Source: Salpingoeca rosetta (Eukaryota; Protista; Choanoflagellata). Taken from it: a stretch of 42,440 nucleotides of DNA. The stretch is from assembly GCA_033442325.1 (NCBI GenBank), contig JAWQFM010000002.1, positions 1,272,642 through 1,315,081 on the forward strand, written 5' to 3'. The notes under the pieces are model-generated. The model searched no databases and had not been told where the DNA came from. It saw only the letters and a program-made list of their open reading frames with translations. The position numbers and the translations under genes are program-made. Shown one piece after another: positions 27,045 to 38,750 of the stretch (the stretch's first letter is position 1; the number at the start of each line of letters is the position of its first letter).

Positions 27045-28097
27045 ATGTCCACGACAACGACCGCGGTCGTGGACCTCTGCAAAGATGCCGACAAGTTTAA
27101 GCCCTTGCAGCCATACCTGAGCTTCTACCGCATGGCAGACTTTGCCTTCGCTGGTCCTGAAACGCTGGCGGAACCATTCCCGCGAAACACGCATCTGCGC
27201 AAGCTGGCTCGGCTGTTCTTCTTCCAACATTCTGAGGAGGGAGATGAGCCAGTTGACATTGATACGCACCAAGGGCGAGGGCAAGTGCTCGCACCAACCA
27301 AGACGTTGGCCAAGTGGAACACGCTCGACTTGTCAAGCCGCTACACATCATCGAAGATCAACCTCACCGGAGAGAAGCAAATCTCTTCTCTCAAGGATGA
27401 CATTGTGGGCTGGCTGCAGGACATCCCCGACAAGAGCGTCAGGTGCTTGAACCTCGCGTTCTGCAATCTTCTCGACGGCGACCTGACATACGTGGCTGAA
27501 GCGGCCGAGCTGTTGCAAGACAAAGGCAAGGTGCACGATAATGGCCTCGTCGTCACACTTCGAGGGTCTCGCTTCCACGACGACTTTGATGGGCTCAAGC
27601 AACTTCTCCACCACTGCCGCCTCGTGGACATCTGCACCACACCCATGGCCTCCATCGACAACAAGGGCAAGCTCAAAGATCTGCACACCACGGGCGTGCT
27701 CGACAAGGTACTCTTCATACCACTGCACTTTCGCCTTGACGCCGCGCTCCTGGACACATTCGGCCCCGAAGGTTTGCAAGGCAGTGGCATTGAAGCGGCA
27801 GCAGACGCAGCCAGGAATGAGGCGAGAAAGCTCCGTCCTCCTCCTCACGATCGCACAGCCGCCAAGCTCTACCGCGACGACCTTTATCAACGACTGGAGG
27901 ATGTTCGCGCTGAAGTACTCACGCAGCAGGAGAAGATGAACAATGGCAGTGGCATGCAAAGACAGCACGCAGTTATGCGGGACTTGCTGCTGCGGCTTGC
28001 ATCCGAGCACCTTGGCACCACAGTGGACACACAGGGCATGTCGTCCGTCGCCGATCTGGTCCGTTTGCTGGCAACGATGAGGGCTGACGAAGGCTGA
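27045..28097 (+). CDS. Intronless hypothetical protein (~350 aa) with degenerate LRR-like segments and a C-terminal helical/coiled-coil region
   Basis: Open frame from ATG 27045 (MSTTTTAVVDLCKD...) with coding-like composition and no microsatellites. Segments WNTLDLSS, VRCLNLAFCNLLDGDL, LVVTLRGSRF and CRLVDICTTPM resemble LxxLxLxxN/CxL. Confidence 0.75.
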   Translation: MSTTTTAVVDLCKDADKFKPLQPYLSFYRMADFAFAGPETLAEPFPRNTHLRKLARLFFFQHSEEGDEPVDIDTHQGRGQVLAPTKTLAKWNTLDLSSRYTSSKINLTGEKQISSLKDDIVGWLQDIPDKSVRCLNLAFCNLLDGDLTYVAEAAELLQDKGKVHDNGLVVTLRGSRFHDDFDGLKQLLHHCRLVDICTTPMASIDNKGKLKDLHTTGVLDKVLFIPLHFRLDAALLDTFGPEGLQGSGIEAAADAARNEARKLRPPPHDRTAAKLYRDDLYQRLEDVRAEVLTQQEKMNNGSGMQRQHAVMRDLLLRLASEHLGTTVDTQGMSSVADLVRLLATMRADEG

Positions 28098-28661
28098 TGC
28101 CTCACCACAACGCCAAGAGAAGGAAACACAAGCGTCTTCAACCCATACAGAAGCTGTAACGCCGACGCTTCTTGGTACGCGTGCTGTGATTGTGTTTGTG
28201 TGTGTGTGTGTGCTGTGATGTGTGTGTGTGCACTCGCGCTGGTTCCATTAGCTTGGATGTCTTGTCGAACGGTGTATTAGATGAGCGTTCAGGATGCTCT
28301 GTACATCAAAAGCACAACGCATCGAGGTCAAACGAAACGCGGCATACCACCGGCTGACAGTTCAAAGGGAGGAGCAGGCGGCGCAGGCTCATTGTGAGCC
28401 AACACATCACGGACAGAGACACGCCCACGCACAGAGATCAATACGCACACATATGCAAGGCGTCAAGCCGTGTACACATACTGGCGAGTGGCTGCGACTT
28501 TGGCTGTGCTTGCATCGCTTTGGTAGTCTGGTGCCATTCGCTCGACACAACATGGGCCTGGTACCCTGGGCACAAAACAAGGACAACAGTAGCGCTGGAG
28601 CTGAGCAGCCACTTGTGGCAATTGCCAAAGCACCCCCCCCACACACACACACACACGCGTG

Positions 28662-28807
28662 CTTACGTGCGTGGATAGATGTGCAGACCCTGGTCACTGC
28701 GCTGCTTAGCTGCTTGCTATCATTCTTAGCGCAGACAACAACGACTTAGTGCTTTACACCCAGTCTCCCAGTACAATCATGGCGTCAATGTCGAACAGCG
28801 ACAGCAC
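28662..28807 (-). pseudogene. Decayed inverted fragment paralogous to the post-TIR exon end of the Roco gene (37073-37242)
   Basis: The reverse complement reads gtgctgtcgctgttcgacattgacgccatgattgtactgg...agcaagcag...ctgcacatctatccacgcacgtaag, versus Roco gtgctgtcgctgttggacattgatgccgtggttgcattgg...agcaagcag...ctgcacgtcaatccacgcaggtatg. It has an internal deletion and a stop. Confidence 0.65.
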
Positions 28808-29810
28808 CACTTTCCTGCTTTCAGTCAGAGGGGGGAGCATCCAACATCGTCGTCGAGGCAGCGGGTCAAGAAGGATCTTGTATGGTTCTTCTCATGTGAT
28901 TCACACAACCGTCTCCTTCTGCTCCTTGTCGCTCTCAGCCCGTGCTGCTGCTGCTGCTGTTGTGTTGGCGAGCAAAAGAGCAAAGAGAAGGAGATTGGCC
29001 ATTCCTTCTGGTTACCACGTCGGCCAGCGTTGCCACTGCCGCATGCAGTGCAATGGTGGCTGATTGTTGGTTGGTTGAGAGAGATGTGAGTGAGTGTTGG
29101 AGAGGGAAGGAGGGAACACGGGCTGAGGGGGGGGGGAAGGAAGGAAGGAAAAGGAAGGAAGGGAAATGGAAATGGTGCTGTGGGTGGTGAGGGTTATGCA
29201 GTCAACTCAGCCAGTCAGTGGGAGAGAAGGAAGAAAGAAGAAGAGAGAAGAAGTGGTACGCACTTCTGCACTGGACATGGAGCAGCGCTCTCACCAGAGC
29301 AGAGCAGAGAGGAGGGGAGAGAGGAGGAGAGGAGAGGAGAGGAGGGCACTGCAGCACAATCAACTCAACCACTGGATGGCTGGCTGGTTTGTTGAGAGTG
29401 GTGGTTGTTGTGTTTGCTTCACAGTAAGCGAGGGAAAAACAAACAAAGGAGAAGGAGGAAAGGACAGCTGGGAGTTTTCGTGGCTGGTGAGAGAGGAATG
29501 GTGGAAGTCTTGATGTACTTTTCGCGGGGTGCGGGGTGTTTGTGAAAAGGAAAACGCCCCAAGAAAGACACACACAGCAAGCAGCAAGCAGAAGAAGAGA
29601 AGGGAAGAAGAAGCAAGCACTGCAAGCAGGCGTGTGGGGGGTTGTTTGTTGTGTTGTTTTGCGTCGTTCCAGCCCTCCAGCCACAGCAGAACAAGAGACA
29701 GGAAAGCACGTACGTCAGGACAAGCCCACCAAGGCAAAAGGAGGAGAGGAGGAGACCCCGCATCCATCCTCCACCCCAAAACAACAACTCAGCTGCAACC
29801 ACTGGCCAAG

Positions 29811-32800
29811 ATGTTTGCGAGGTTGAGAGGGACGAAGAAGGACAGGTCGAGGGACGAAGAAGAGGCAAGACAGAGGGAGGAGGACGCAAGACAGAGAGCA
29901 GAAGAAGAGGCAAGGCAAAGGGAAGAGCGTGAACGCATGTCCTCGAGTGAAAGCATGGAGGCCTTGTTGGCGAAGACGAAGTCGAAGAAGTGGGACAAGG
30001 ACTGTATTAGAGCCATCGCCAACAACACGTGTAGGGACTCTGTGCGGTGAGATAACGCAAGCGACATGTTGGAGCATGCATTTGCTGCATTTGCTGGAGA
30101 AAAGGGATCAAGGACATTGCTTGTGGTTGTGCCTTTTCTTCCACTCGACTTCGTTTGTCCGTCACTTGTGACAAGCTTGTTGTATTTTGCCTTTGTGTAC
30201 ATTGTACAAAGGGGGCTCGCACAACCTGGACACACAAAGGGAGTGTACATTCGTGACAGGTTGCTCTCTTCTCATTCTCTTGCGCACGACACACAATTTG
30301 GAACTGCAGCTTGAGGAAAGTTGGCCTCGGCGACAGTGGAGGCCGTGCAGTGGCCGAAGCGCTCAAGGACAACACCTGCCTCAAAGACCTTCGGTACGGG
30401 GTGATGTGGACTGCATCGTGTCACACACATGGCTGATTGGTTTGAAGTTGCACGTTGCGCCCTTTCCCTTCTCTGCGCCCTCTCCCTTCTCATTCATGCC
30501 TCTCGTTTCATGGCGCGCTTTGCGTGTGGTCACCTTTGCTCCCTGCCCTTTCGTGTGTGCAGCCTGCACAACAACTCCATTGGCGACGCCGGCGCCGTGG
30601 CATTGACCGAGATGCTGAAACACAACACGACCCTCGAACAGCTCTTGTGAGTGAACACACACATGCATTGCAGGCACCCAGTTCGAACACCTGGTTGTGT
30701 GGTAGGGCTTGTGCATTTATGCAGGCCCTGACTGTATGCCGTCCCATGTGTTCGTCACCCACACCGCGTTCCTCCTCACCACCGTATGCTGTCATCGATC
30801 CCCTCCTCCTCTCTTGTGTGTGCACAGCCTGAATGGCAACTCCATCGGCCCTGGGGGCGCTGTGGCGTTGGCGGAGATGCTGAAGCTCAACACGACCCTC
30901 ACACTACTCAGGTGAGTGTGGACACACACATGCATTGAAGGCACCCGATGTGAGCGTATGCGTGTGCACTTGTGCAAGACTCGATATCTGCTTGCTGATC
31001 CATGTCCTCGTGGCCCACTCATTGCTTCCTCACCATCACGTATGCTGTCATACACCACATACTACTCCCTCCTTCTCTTTCTTGTGTGCACAGCCTGCAC
31101 CACAACTCCATCGGCGACGCGGGCGCTGTAGCGTTGGCGGAGATGCTGAAGCACAACACGACCATCACAGTACTCAAGTGAGTGAACACGCATGCCTGAA
31201 GGCACTTGCTTGGAGTCTGTGTTTGTGTTGTTTTGCGTGCAAGCTCAACAGCTGTTTGCTGTCCCATGTGCTCGTCATATACTCATGGCTTCCTCACTGC
31301 CCGCCGATGCTATCACTAACCTGCCACTCCTTGCTCTCACTCCCACTCACTCTCACATACCCTCACTCCTCCTTTCCTATGCATAGCCTGAGTGCCAACT
31401 CCATAGGCGACGCGGCCGTCGTGGCGTTGGCGGAGGTACTGAAGCACAACACAACCCTCAAAACCCTCTAGTGAGTGTGGACACACACATGAACTGACGC
31501 TCGCTTTGAGCATGTGGTTGTGTGGTTGTGTGTGTGTGTGTGTATGTGTGTGTGTGTGTGCTCTCGTGTGCAAACACTAACTGCTTGTCATATACTCGTC
31601 GCTCCTCCTCACCACCACGAACGCGGTCATGAACCTCCCACCCCCCCTTTCTCTCTTGTGCCCTCAGCCTGAGTATCAACCACATCAGCGATGAGGGGGC
31701 TGTGGCGTTGGCGGAGATGCTGAAGCACAACACGACCCTCACAACCCTCGAGTGAGTGTGAGCACACATACATTGAAGGCACTCACTTTGAGTATATGCT
31801 TGTGTGGGTGTGCAAGACTCAATGTCTGCTTGCTTGATATGTGCTTGTGGCCCACTCATCGCTTCCTCATGTTGTCATCAACCTCCCACTCTCGTCCTCT
31901 CTCTGTCTATCTGTCTATCTGTCTATCTACCTATCTCTCTTCTGTGTGCACAGCCTCCAAAGCAATGGCATCAGTGATGACGGCGCTGTGGCATTGGCGG
32001 AGAAGCTGCAGCACAACACGACCCTCAAAGCACTCACGTGAGTGGAAGAACCTCTTTACACTGCGTCTTTAGGCGTTGCTTCTGCAGTACCCACTTACCC
32101 CTGTGCAGACCGAGCCACGCACAATGTCTCTGCGACATGCTTGTTTGACCAACAATGCTCCCGTACAGCACTGCGCCACAAGCGCTACCACATTTTGTGC
32201 AACTTGCATTGTCTGACATTGTGACTGCAAGTCGTTGAACCTGACGTGCAAGCGCGTACACATGGCCCATCTACAACCCACTTTCATCCATGTGTGGCTT
32301 GCCTACCCGTTTCTCTTCTCTTCCAACGTGGCTGTTTGCCAATTTCAGCTTGTTCAGCAACTCTATCACTCCAGTTGGTGGTGCGGCGCTGGGAGCCGCC
32401 CTGGACCAGAACCGCACGCTGGAAACGCTCTGGTTTGTCGCTTGTGCTGCACCTGCCTCACGAACAACTGTGACTTCTGTGTGTCTGTGTGATCAATCGC
32501 CCCTGAGTGCACGCGTTCCTCTGTGTTTGCCTTGCGTATCTCCACAACCACCAACCCTCCTGACCCATGTCCTTTACACTTCCTCCTCTTTAACCCACCT
32601 CCACCACGTGTCCCGTTCAGTATGAAGAAGAACTCCACTACCACCGCCCGTGCCTTTGGTGCCGCCCTGCCCCTCGACCGCGAGCTCGACACAGGCAACT
32701 GGTCGGTCAACGTTTGTTTGCCCTTGCGACCGTTCGCCCCCTCCCGTTTCTTGCCCCTTGTCCTCTCATATTCTCGTTCTGGCCCCGTCCCATCTTTGTG

Positions 32801-34056
32801 GCATGACAGGTACGATGACCAGGAGGGCGAGGCGGCCTTCAACGAAGCGCGCGAGGAGAAGAAGAAGCAACAACGCGACACCACGCACAACGACCAAGAC
32901 GAACAGCGACCGGAAGCGGAACATCAGCGACCGGAAGCAGCTGCAGACAATGAACAGCAACAACAGCAGAGGCAACTGTTTGCTGCCTGCAAGAGCGGCG
33001 ACGTCGAAGCTGTCACTTCTTTCATTCAACACGACCACGCGGACATCAACGAACAGGATGAACAGGTGCATGTGCATATGTGTGCTCGTGCTTGTGAAGC
33101 GGGTGGTTTGTTCTTGCAGCGAGTTGTGTGTTCGCTGCCATGGTTCTCACCACTTGCCCTTTTCCCCACTCCCACTGTCCATCATCCAACCACAGGGCGA
33201 CACACCGCTGCACGTTGCCTGCAGGCACAACCAACCCGCCATTGTGCAGCTGCTCCTGGAGAAGGGCGCAGACGCTACCATCAAGAACATCAGGGTGCGC
33301 GCGAGTGCCGTGGGTGCGACGACTTCGTTGCACAATTGCAGTTGTTTTTGACCGTGCACTGTTTCTGTGCTCGCTCACTCTGTCCACACCTCAACTATTC
33401 ACAGGGCGGAACACCATTCATGGTGGCGCAGAAACGCAATTTCCACGCCATCACCAGCATCCAAGGTCTTGACCCAGACAGCAAACCCCAGCAACAACCA
33501 CAACAGCAGCCAAAGAAGACTGAAGACGCATCTGCACCCATCTCTTCCGTCGAACCCAAGCAAGAAGCAGCACAAGACGTGAGTGATCAGAGATGTTCCT
33601 GCCATGCAAGTAACATATGTGCATGTGCATGGCACTACTCACGTTATTCATGCTCTTCGTGCTCGGTTCCCAACATACTGTCGCTTGCTCACTCACGCCA
33701 CCATGTCACACACCATGCCTTGCTCTGCCTCCAGCCCGAGCAGGGGCGCAGGGAGCGTCTTCAGCAGCACATGCGAGAGATCATTGTGCGCTTCAACGCG
33801 ACCATGGCGGGCAGGGCCAAGCTCATCTTCATTGGTCAGGGGCGCGCCGGCAAGACTTCCACGTTCCACTCGCTCATGGGTCACAACTTCAACGAGCACG
33901 AGCACTCCACGCCTGGCGCTGCCACAACCGACCTCGCCGTCATTGTCGAATCCATGGACATTCACAACTGGCAGGTGTGTACCCTTGCTGGTGCGTGTAT
34001 GGAATGTGTGGCGCGCGTGCGCGTGTGAAGAAGAGGGGTGTTGTGAGTGACACGAT

Positions 34057-34103
<47 letters not shown>

Positions 34104-36356
34104 CCTTTGCAGGAGCTGGATGCGGAGATCTCGGAATTGATGCGCAGCCTCTGCGGCACGGCGCTGGCGCAGGAATCGGGCGTGGACTTGCAAATGAAGC
34201 AGGCGATGATGAAGGCGAGGGCGAACTTTGAGAGCCGCATTGCCCAACACAAACAGCAACAGCGGCAGAAGGAAGCTGAGAAGGCAAAGAAAGCAACGGC
34301 TGCCAAGCTGAAGCAGAAGCAGTTACAGAATTCAAAGGAGACACAGCCACAGCCATCCTCACACACGTCGACATCGACCGTCCCAAAGCCCAGCAAGACG
34401 TCTCAGATGTCAGCATCTGCGCCCAAGAAGCAAGCCACCGTGAACCCTTCCAGCCACAGTGATGCTGCTGCGCGTGACAACAGCACCACCGCCGCAACCG
34501 GCATGTCTGCGGAGGAAATGGAGAAAGCGATCAAGGAGTTCAACGTGGACGCCGTCATGGGCGAGGGCAAAGCACGTGTCACGTTCAAGGTGTTTGACTT
34601 GGGCGGCCAGTCCACCTTCTACATCTTTCACCCTTTCTTCCTCACCAAGTGAGTACAGGTTGTGTGTGCGCGCGCGCGCGTGTGTGTGTGTGTGTGCGTG
34701 TGTGTGTGCGTGTATGTGTGTGTGCTCTGCCCCCTGTCCACCGCCACACCTTCCCTCACCCCGACACCCTCACCCACCCAACAGGTACGCGGTGTACCTG
34801 CTGGTGTTCTCCATGGAGGATCTGCTGCACCAGGACGAGAGCAAGCGGACAGAGACGTGGGAGTTTATGGAGCACTGGTTGTCTTCCCTCCACCTCCACG
34901 CCAAGGGTGCACCCGTCCACATCGTCGGCACCTTCGCTGATGTGATCAGCAAGCGTAAGCAGCACGAGCACATATCACGCGACATCTACAGCCGCCTGCG
35001 CCACAACCCGGCCTTTCCTGGCGTCATCCACAACGACAAGCACGGCCTGTGGTTCTGGCCCATCGACAACACCAAGTCTATTAATGACCCCATGATCCAG
35101 GACCTGCGCCAAACCATCTCCTCCACAGCACTGGCGCAGGAATACGTGAGCCAGGAGGTGGCTGTGCCGTACCTCCACCTCTACGACAAGCTCAACGCCA
35201 TTGCCCGCGACGAGAAACGACCGCTGCTCACCTTTGACGAGGTGGCAGAGATTGCGCGCACCTGTGGGCTGCGCACACATGACGAGACGAGGGCTTGCCT
35301 CCAGTTCCTGCACTTGTACTCGATGGCGTTGTACTACGATCACGTGCCAGGCATGGAAGACTATGTGATCCTGAGTCCGCAGTGGGCGGTGGACACGATG
35401 ACGCGCGTCATCCGCAACTTTGACCTGCACCGCGATGTGCGTGATCGCGAGGCGAGGGCCGTTGGCGCGCAACTGTGGGACGACCTCGTTGACCGCGGCA
35501 TCCTGCACCGCCGTCTGCTGGACGTGCTGTGGAACGACGTGGACAGCAACTTGGTTGACCCATTCCTGCGCCTCATGATGAACTACGGGCTGTGCATTGA
35601 CTACTCTCCACCCAAGCTGGTGGACAGCAGCAGAGCGCTCGCCCGCACCAACTCCGGCCACGGTGACAACGATGCGAGCCAGAGCAAGGGCAACAGTCCA
35701 GAGCAGCAGCAGTACCTGGTCCCAGCCATCCTGCCGATGACCATTCGCCACAGCAGCACGATGGAATCTGTCACTCTGAGCACGACAGCAGCACAACAGG
35801 TCAACCCATATGCTGGGCACGAGGAGAAGACGGCATATGTCGCCTTCAGCCTGAAGCAATTCAAGAAGGCCGCGAGCGTGCGTGTTGAAGATGCACAGAA
35901 CGCGTCGTTCCTGCCAGAGGGTCTCTTCACCATTGTTCTGGCTTATGTGATGGCGCATGCACAGCACGGTGCATCGCAGGAGGCCAAGCTGAGCCGCACC
36001 CACGCCGTTTGCTTCATGGAGTCGACCAAGCTAGAGCTGCAGCTTGTGCCGGCTGTTGGCGGCATCAAGATGAAGATCACGAGTGCGCAGCCGCGCGCCA
36101 TGCTGCACATGCTGCACAAGATGATTAGCGAGGCCGCCAGAGAGCGCTATCCTGAGCTGAAGAGCAGCCTCCTGCTGCCGTACGATGACAAGACGCTGCT
36201 CTTCTTTGAGGACGTGCTGCACCACCACAAGAGCAAGCAGGACATGTGGGTGGACGAACAACTGCTGTCGCCCGATGACCTGGTCACCAAGTATGGCCCT
36301 CTCTTGCCCGTTCTCGGCCTGCAGGACAAGTACGACGTCTTCATCAGCTACCGGTG

Positions 36357-36427
<71 letters not shown>

Positions 36428-37667
36428 CAACTATGTGTCTGTCACTTCCACCAACTAGCCACAACTACTGCATGCACCTTCCCCTCATCTCATCACTACC
36501 TCCTCCAACCCCCCCCCCTCTCCCGCAACCACAACAGGCAACGCGCCAGCAGTGGGCTGGTGATGGCGCTGCACCCGCGCTTGGAGCAGCGCAACCTGAT
36601 CGCATTCCTGGACGCCAATAACCTGGAGACGGGCCTCAACTTCAAGTTGTCGTTCATGACAGCGATTGGGCTGAGCCTGGTGGCCTGCCCCATCGTCTCT
36701 GCTGCCACCATCATGCAGACGAGGCAGCTGCAGCACAGCGACTACTGCGACAACGTGCTGCTGGAGTGGATGACGATGCTGGCGCTGCGCGAGTACCAAC
36801 GGGCTCATGAAGAAGATGAGAAGGAGCAGCACGCCAAGATCCGCCTCCATCGCGTCGTACCCGTGGTCGTGGGCAGCGCATGGCACAATGTAAACGACAA
36901 CAGCGTGAGCAGGACTGAAGTGAGCGAGTACGACTCGTTGGAGCGCCTGAAGCGACTTGCGAAGTCCCTGCCAGATGTTGTGAGCAAGGAAACGGCAGCA
37001 GCACTGGACCAGTACTTGTCGCAGGTGCTGCGCTTGCCGCCGCCACAACAACACAAGAGTGTACGTGAGACTGTGCTGTCGCTGTTGGACATTGATGCCG
37101 TGGTTGCATTGGACGCCACTGGGGACTGCACGTCGCAATTGCGCGACATTGCGGAGAAGGTGCGCCAGGTCGTCGTCTCTGCCAGGAGTGAGGAGCAAGC
37201 AGGGAGTGGAGCAGCAACTGCACGTCAATCCACGCAGGTATGGTGTGTGCATGCATGCATGCATGCATGCAGGCGAACTCTCTTCCTTTCCTCTTCTTCC
37301 ACTCGACGCTCACGCTCTGCTTCACCCACCCACTTGCTTCCCTGCCCTGCAGTCGTCTTCTTCATCCTCCACCACCACCACCGCGACAACTCCTGCTCCA
37401 CCGCCGCCTACCACCCCATCGCCCTCTTCCGCCTCGTCGCTCTTTGAACCCGAGCTGTTGCAGTGGCTCGACCGCCACTCCCTACTGCCGCACGTCGAAC
37501 CAGCGTTGCTGGAGCACGGCATCGACTCGCTGGATGTGCTTGTTGGGCTCGTTCAGATGGGCGAGCTGACCATGCAGACACTTCGGGCGTCCGGTGTGGC
37601 AATGGGCCACGCCCTGAAGCTTGTGCAACAGGCGAAGAAATGCGAGCTGGGCAGCACAGCGGCATAG
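29811..37667 (+). CDS. Roco-family protein: charged N-terminus - 8x RI-like LRR - ankyrin repeats - Roc GTPase - COR - TIR - SAM
   Basis: ATG 29811. LRRs such as LHNNSIGDAGAVALTEMLKHNTTL; ANK GDTPLHVACRHNQPAIVQLLLEKGAD; Roc KLIFIGQGRAGKTS, HSTPGA, FKVFDLGGQ...HPFFLT/YAVYLLVFS, IVGTFAD; COR VAVPYLHL...CLQFLH...YVILSPQW...YLVPAIL...LPEGLF; TIR YDVFISYR...AFLDANNL...DNVLLEW; SAM-like LLQWLDRHSLLPHVEPALLEHGIDSLDVL. Stop 37665-37667. Confidence 0.9.
30310..32432 (+). repeat. Tandem array of eight 84-nt LRR exons with mutually similar introns
   Basis: Exons 30310-30393, 30563-30646, 30828-30911, 31094-31177, 31387-31470, 31668-31751, 31954-32037 and 32349-32432, all AG/GT-bounded and all 84 nt. 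Confidence 0.92.
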
Positions 37668-38666
37668 CCGTCAAGCGAAGAAGGAACAAGATTCTCCTTG
37701 CGTGTGCGTGTGTGCGTGTGCGTGTGTGTGTTTAGGTTGTGCATATGGCTCATGCTTGTTTGAGGCTGACGTTTCTTCTTTTTCTTGCTCTTCTTGGCTT
37801 CTTTCTTGTTGTTCTTGGCTTCTGGTCTCCTTGCTCATCGCTGTGATTGGTAAGCCGCTGTAGCCCACATGACGTTGATGTCAGTCTCTCCACGTCCTTC
37901 CCTTCCTTTCCGTTCCTCGCGCACTCACTTCTTCACTTCTTCCCCAGTCCAAGCAAGCGAGCAGGAGCCTTGTTCCTGTTGCATGAAGTGATCATGCTTG
38001 TTTGTTTGTCTGGTGCCAGCAGTGCCTTGAGGCCTGTGTGACAGCCACCGTAGCATAATAGAAGGGATATTCTTTGAAGGGGATGAAACAAAGGGAAAAC
38101 ACTCAAGCACACGTCAAGGGCAGCAGCCAGGCAGCCGTGTGGCAGCAGCTAGAACGCACCTTCAGACCTTCACTCCTGCAGGTTCACCCCAAGCCCAAGC
38201 CTGCCTTCAAGCCAAGCTGCTACGCTGACTGACCACATCACAGCAAGACAGCAAGAGAAGACAGCTCTCCAGTCACAAGAGTCAGAGAGTCACATGCCTA
38301 CGTGGCATCATGATGGTGTGCCTTTGACGTGGGTTCTTTCCCCCTTGCGGTTGTGTGCGGTGATTGTGGTGGTTGGTGGTTGGTTGCTTGGTTTGCAGCA
38401 CATTGGAGACCTGGGTGGATGCTTCTGAGAGGAGACAGCCTAGCCCTACGCTCGTACGGTTCACGAGTTCTGTTGCCCTGTGTTCATCCTCCTCGCCTCT
38501 TAAGCTCTTATTCTCTCACAAGTCACAAGAAGCAAGCAGAATGTTGGCGCGAGAACAACAAAGCCCGCTCCTTCTCCACCTGCAATTTTGAAATGGCCAA
38601 TTTTCCACCACACAACAACAAGAAAACCCCGGTAGCCGCAAGGTTACGGGTTGAAGATACACAGAA

Positions 38667-38750
38667 AACCGGAGGCCGTGAGTTCGAATCTCACCGGGCC
38701 CTCACCTGATTGGGGCTCGTGGCTTAGTTGGTTATAGCGCCGGTCTAGTA
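38667..38750 (+). tRNA. Circularly permuted tRNA-Thr(AGT), right copy: 3' half 38667-38702 (positions 38-73), spacer CACCTGATTG, 5' half 38713-38750 (positions 1-37)
   Basis: Joining 5'+3' gives GGGCTCGTGGCTTAGTTGGTTATAGCGCCGGTCTAGTA|AACCGGAGGCCGTGAGTTCGAATCTCACCGGGCCCT. Acceptor stem GGGCTCG/CGGGCCC, D-stem GCT/AGC, anticodon stem CCGGT/ACCGG with loop CT-AGT-AA, T-stem GTGAG/CTCAC with loop TTCGAAT, discriminator T73. Confidence 0.87.

Noticed and set aside
38667-38750. tRNA-derived SINE or two broken tandem tRNA pseudogenes
   Set aside because: Disfavoured but not excluded. The halves are exactly complementary parts with no overlap or loss, the stems are intact, the break is at 37/38 with an A-I pair, and there is no poly-A tail or TSD.
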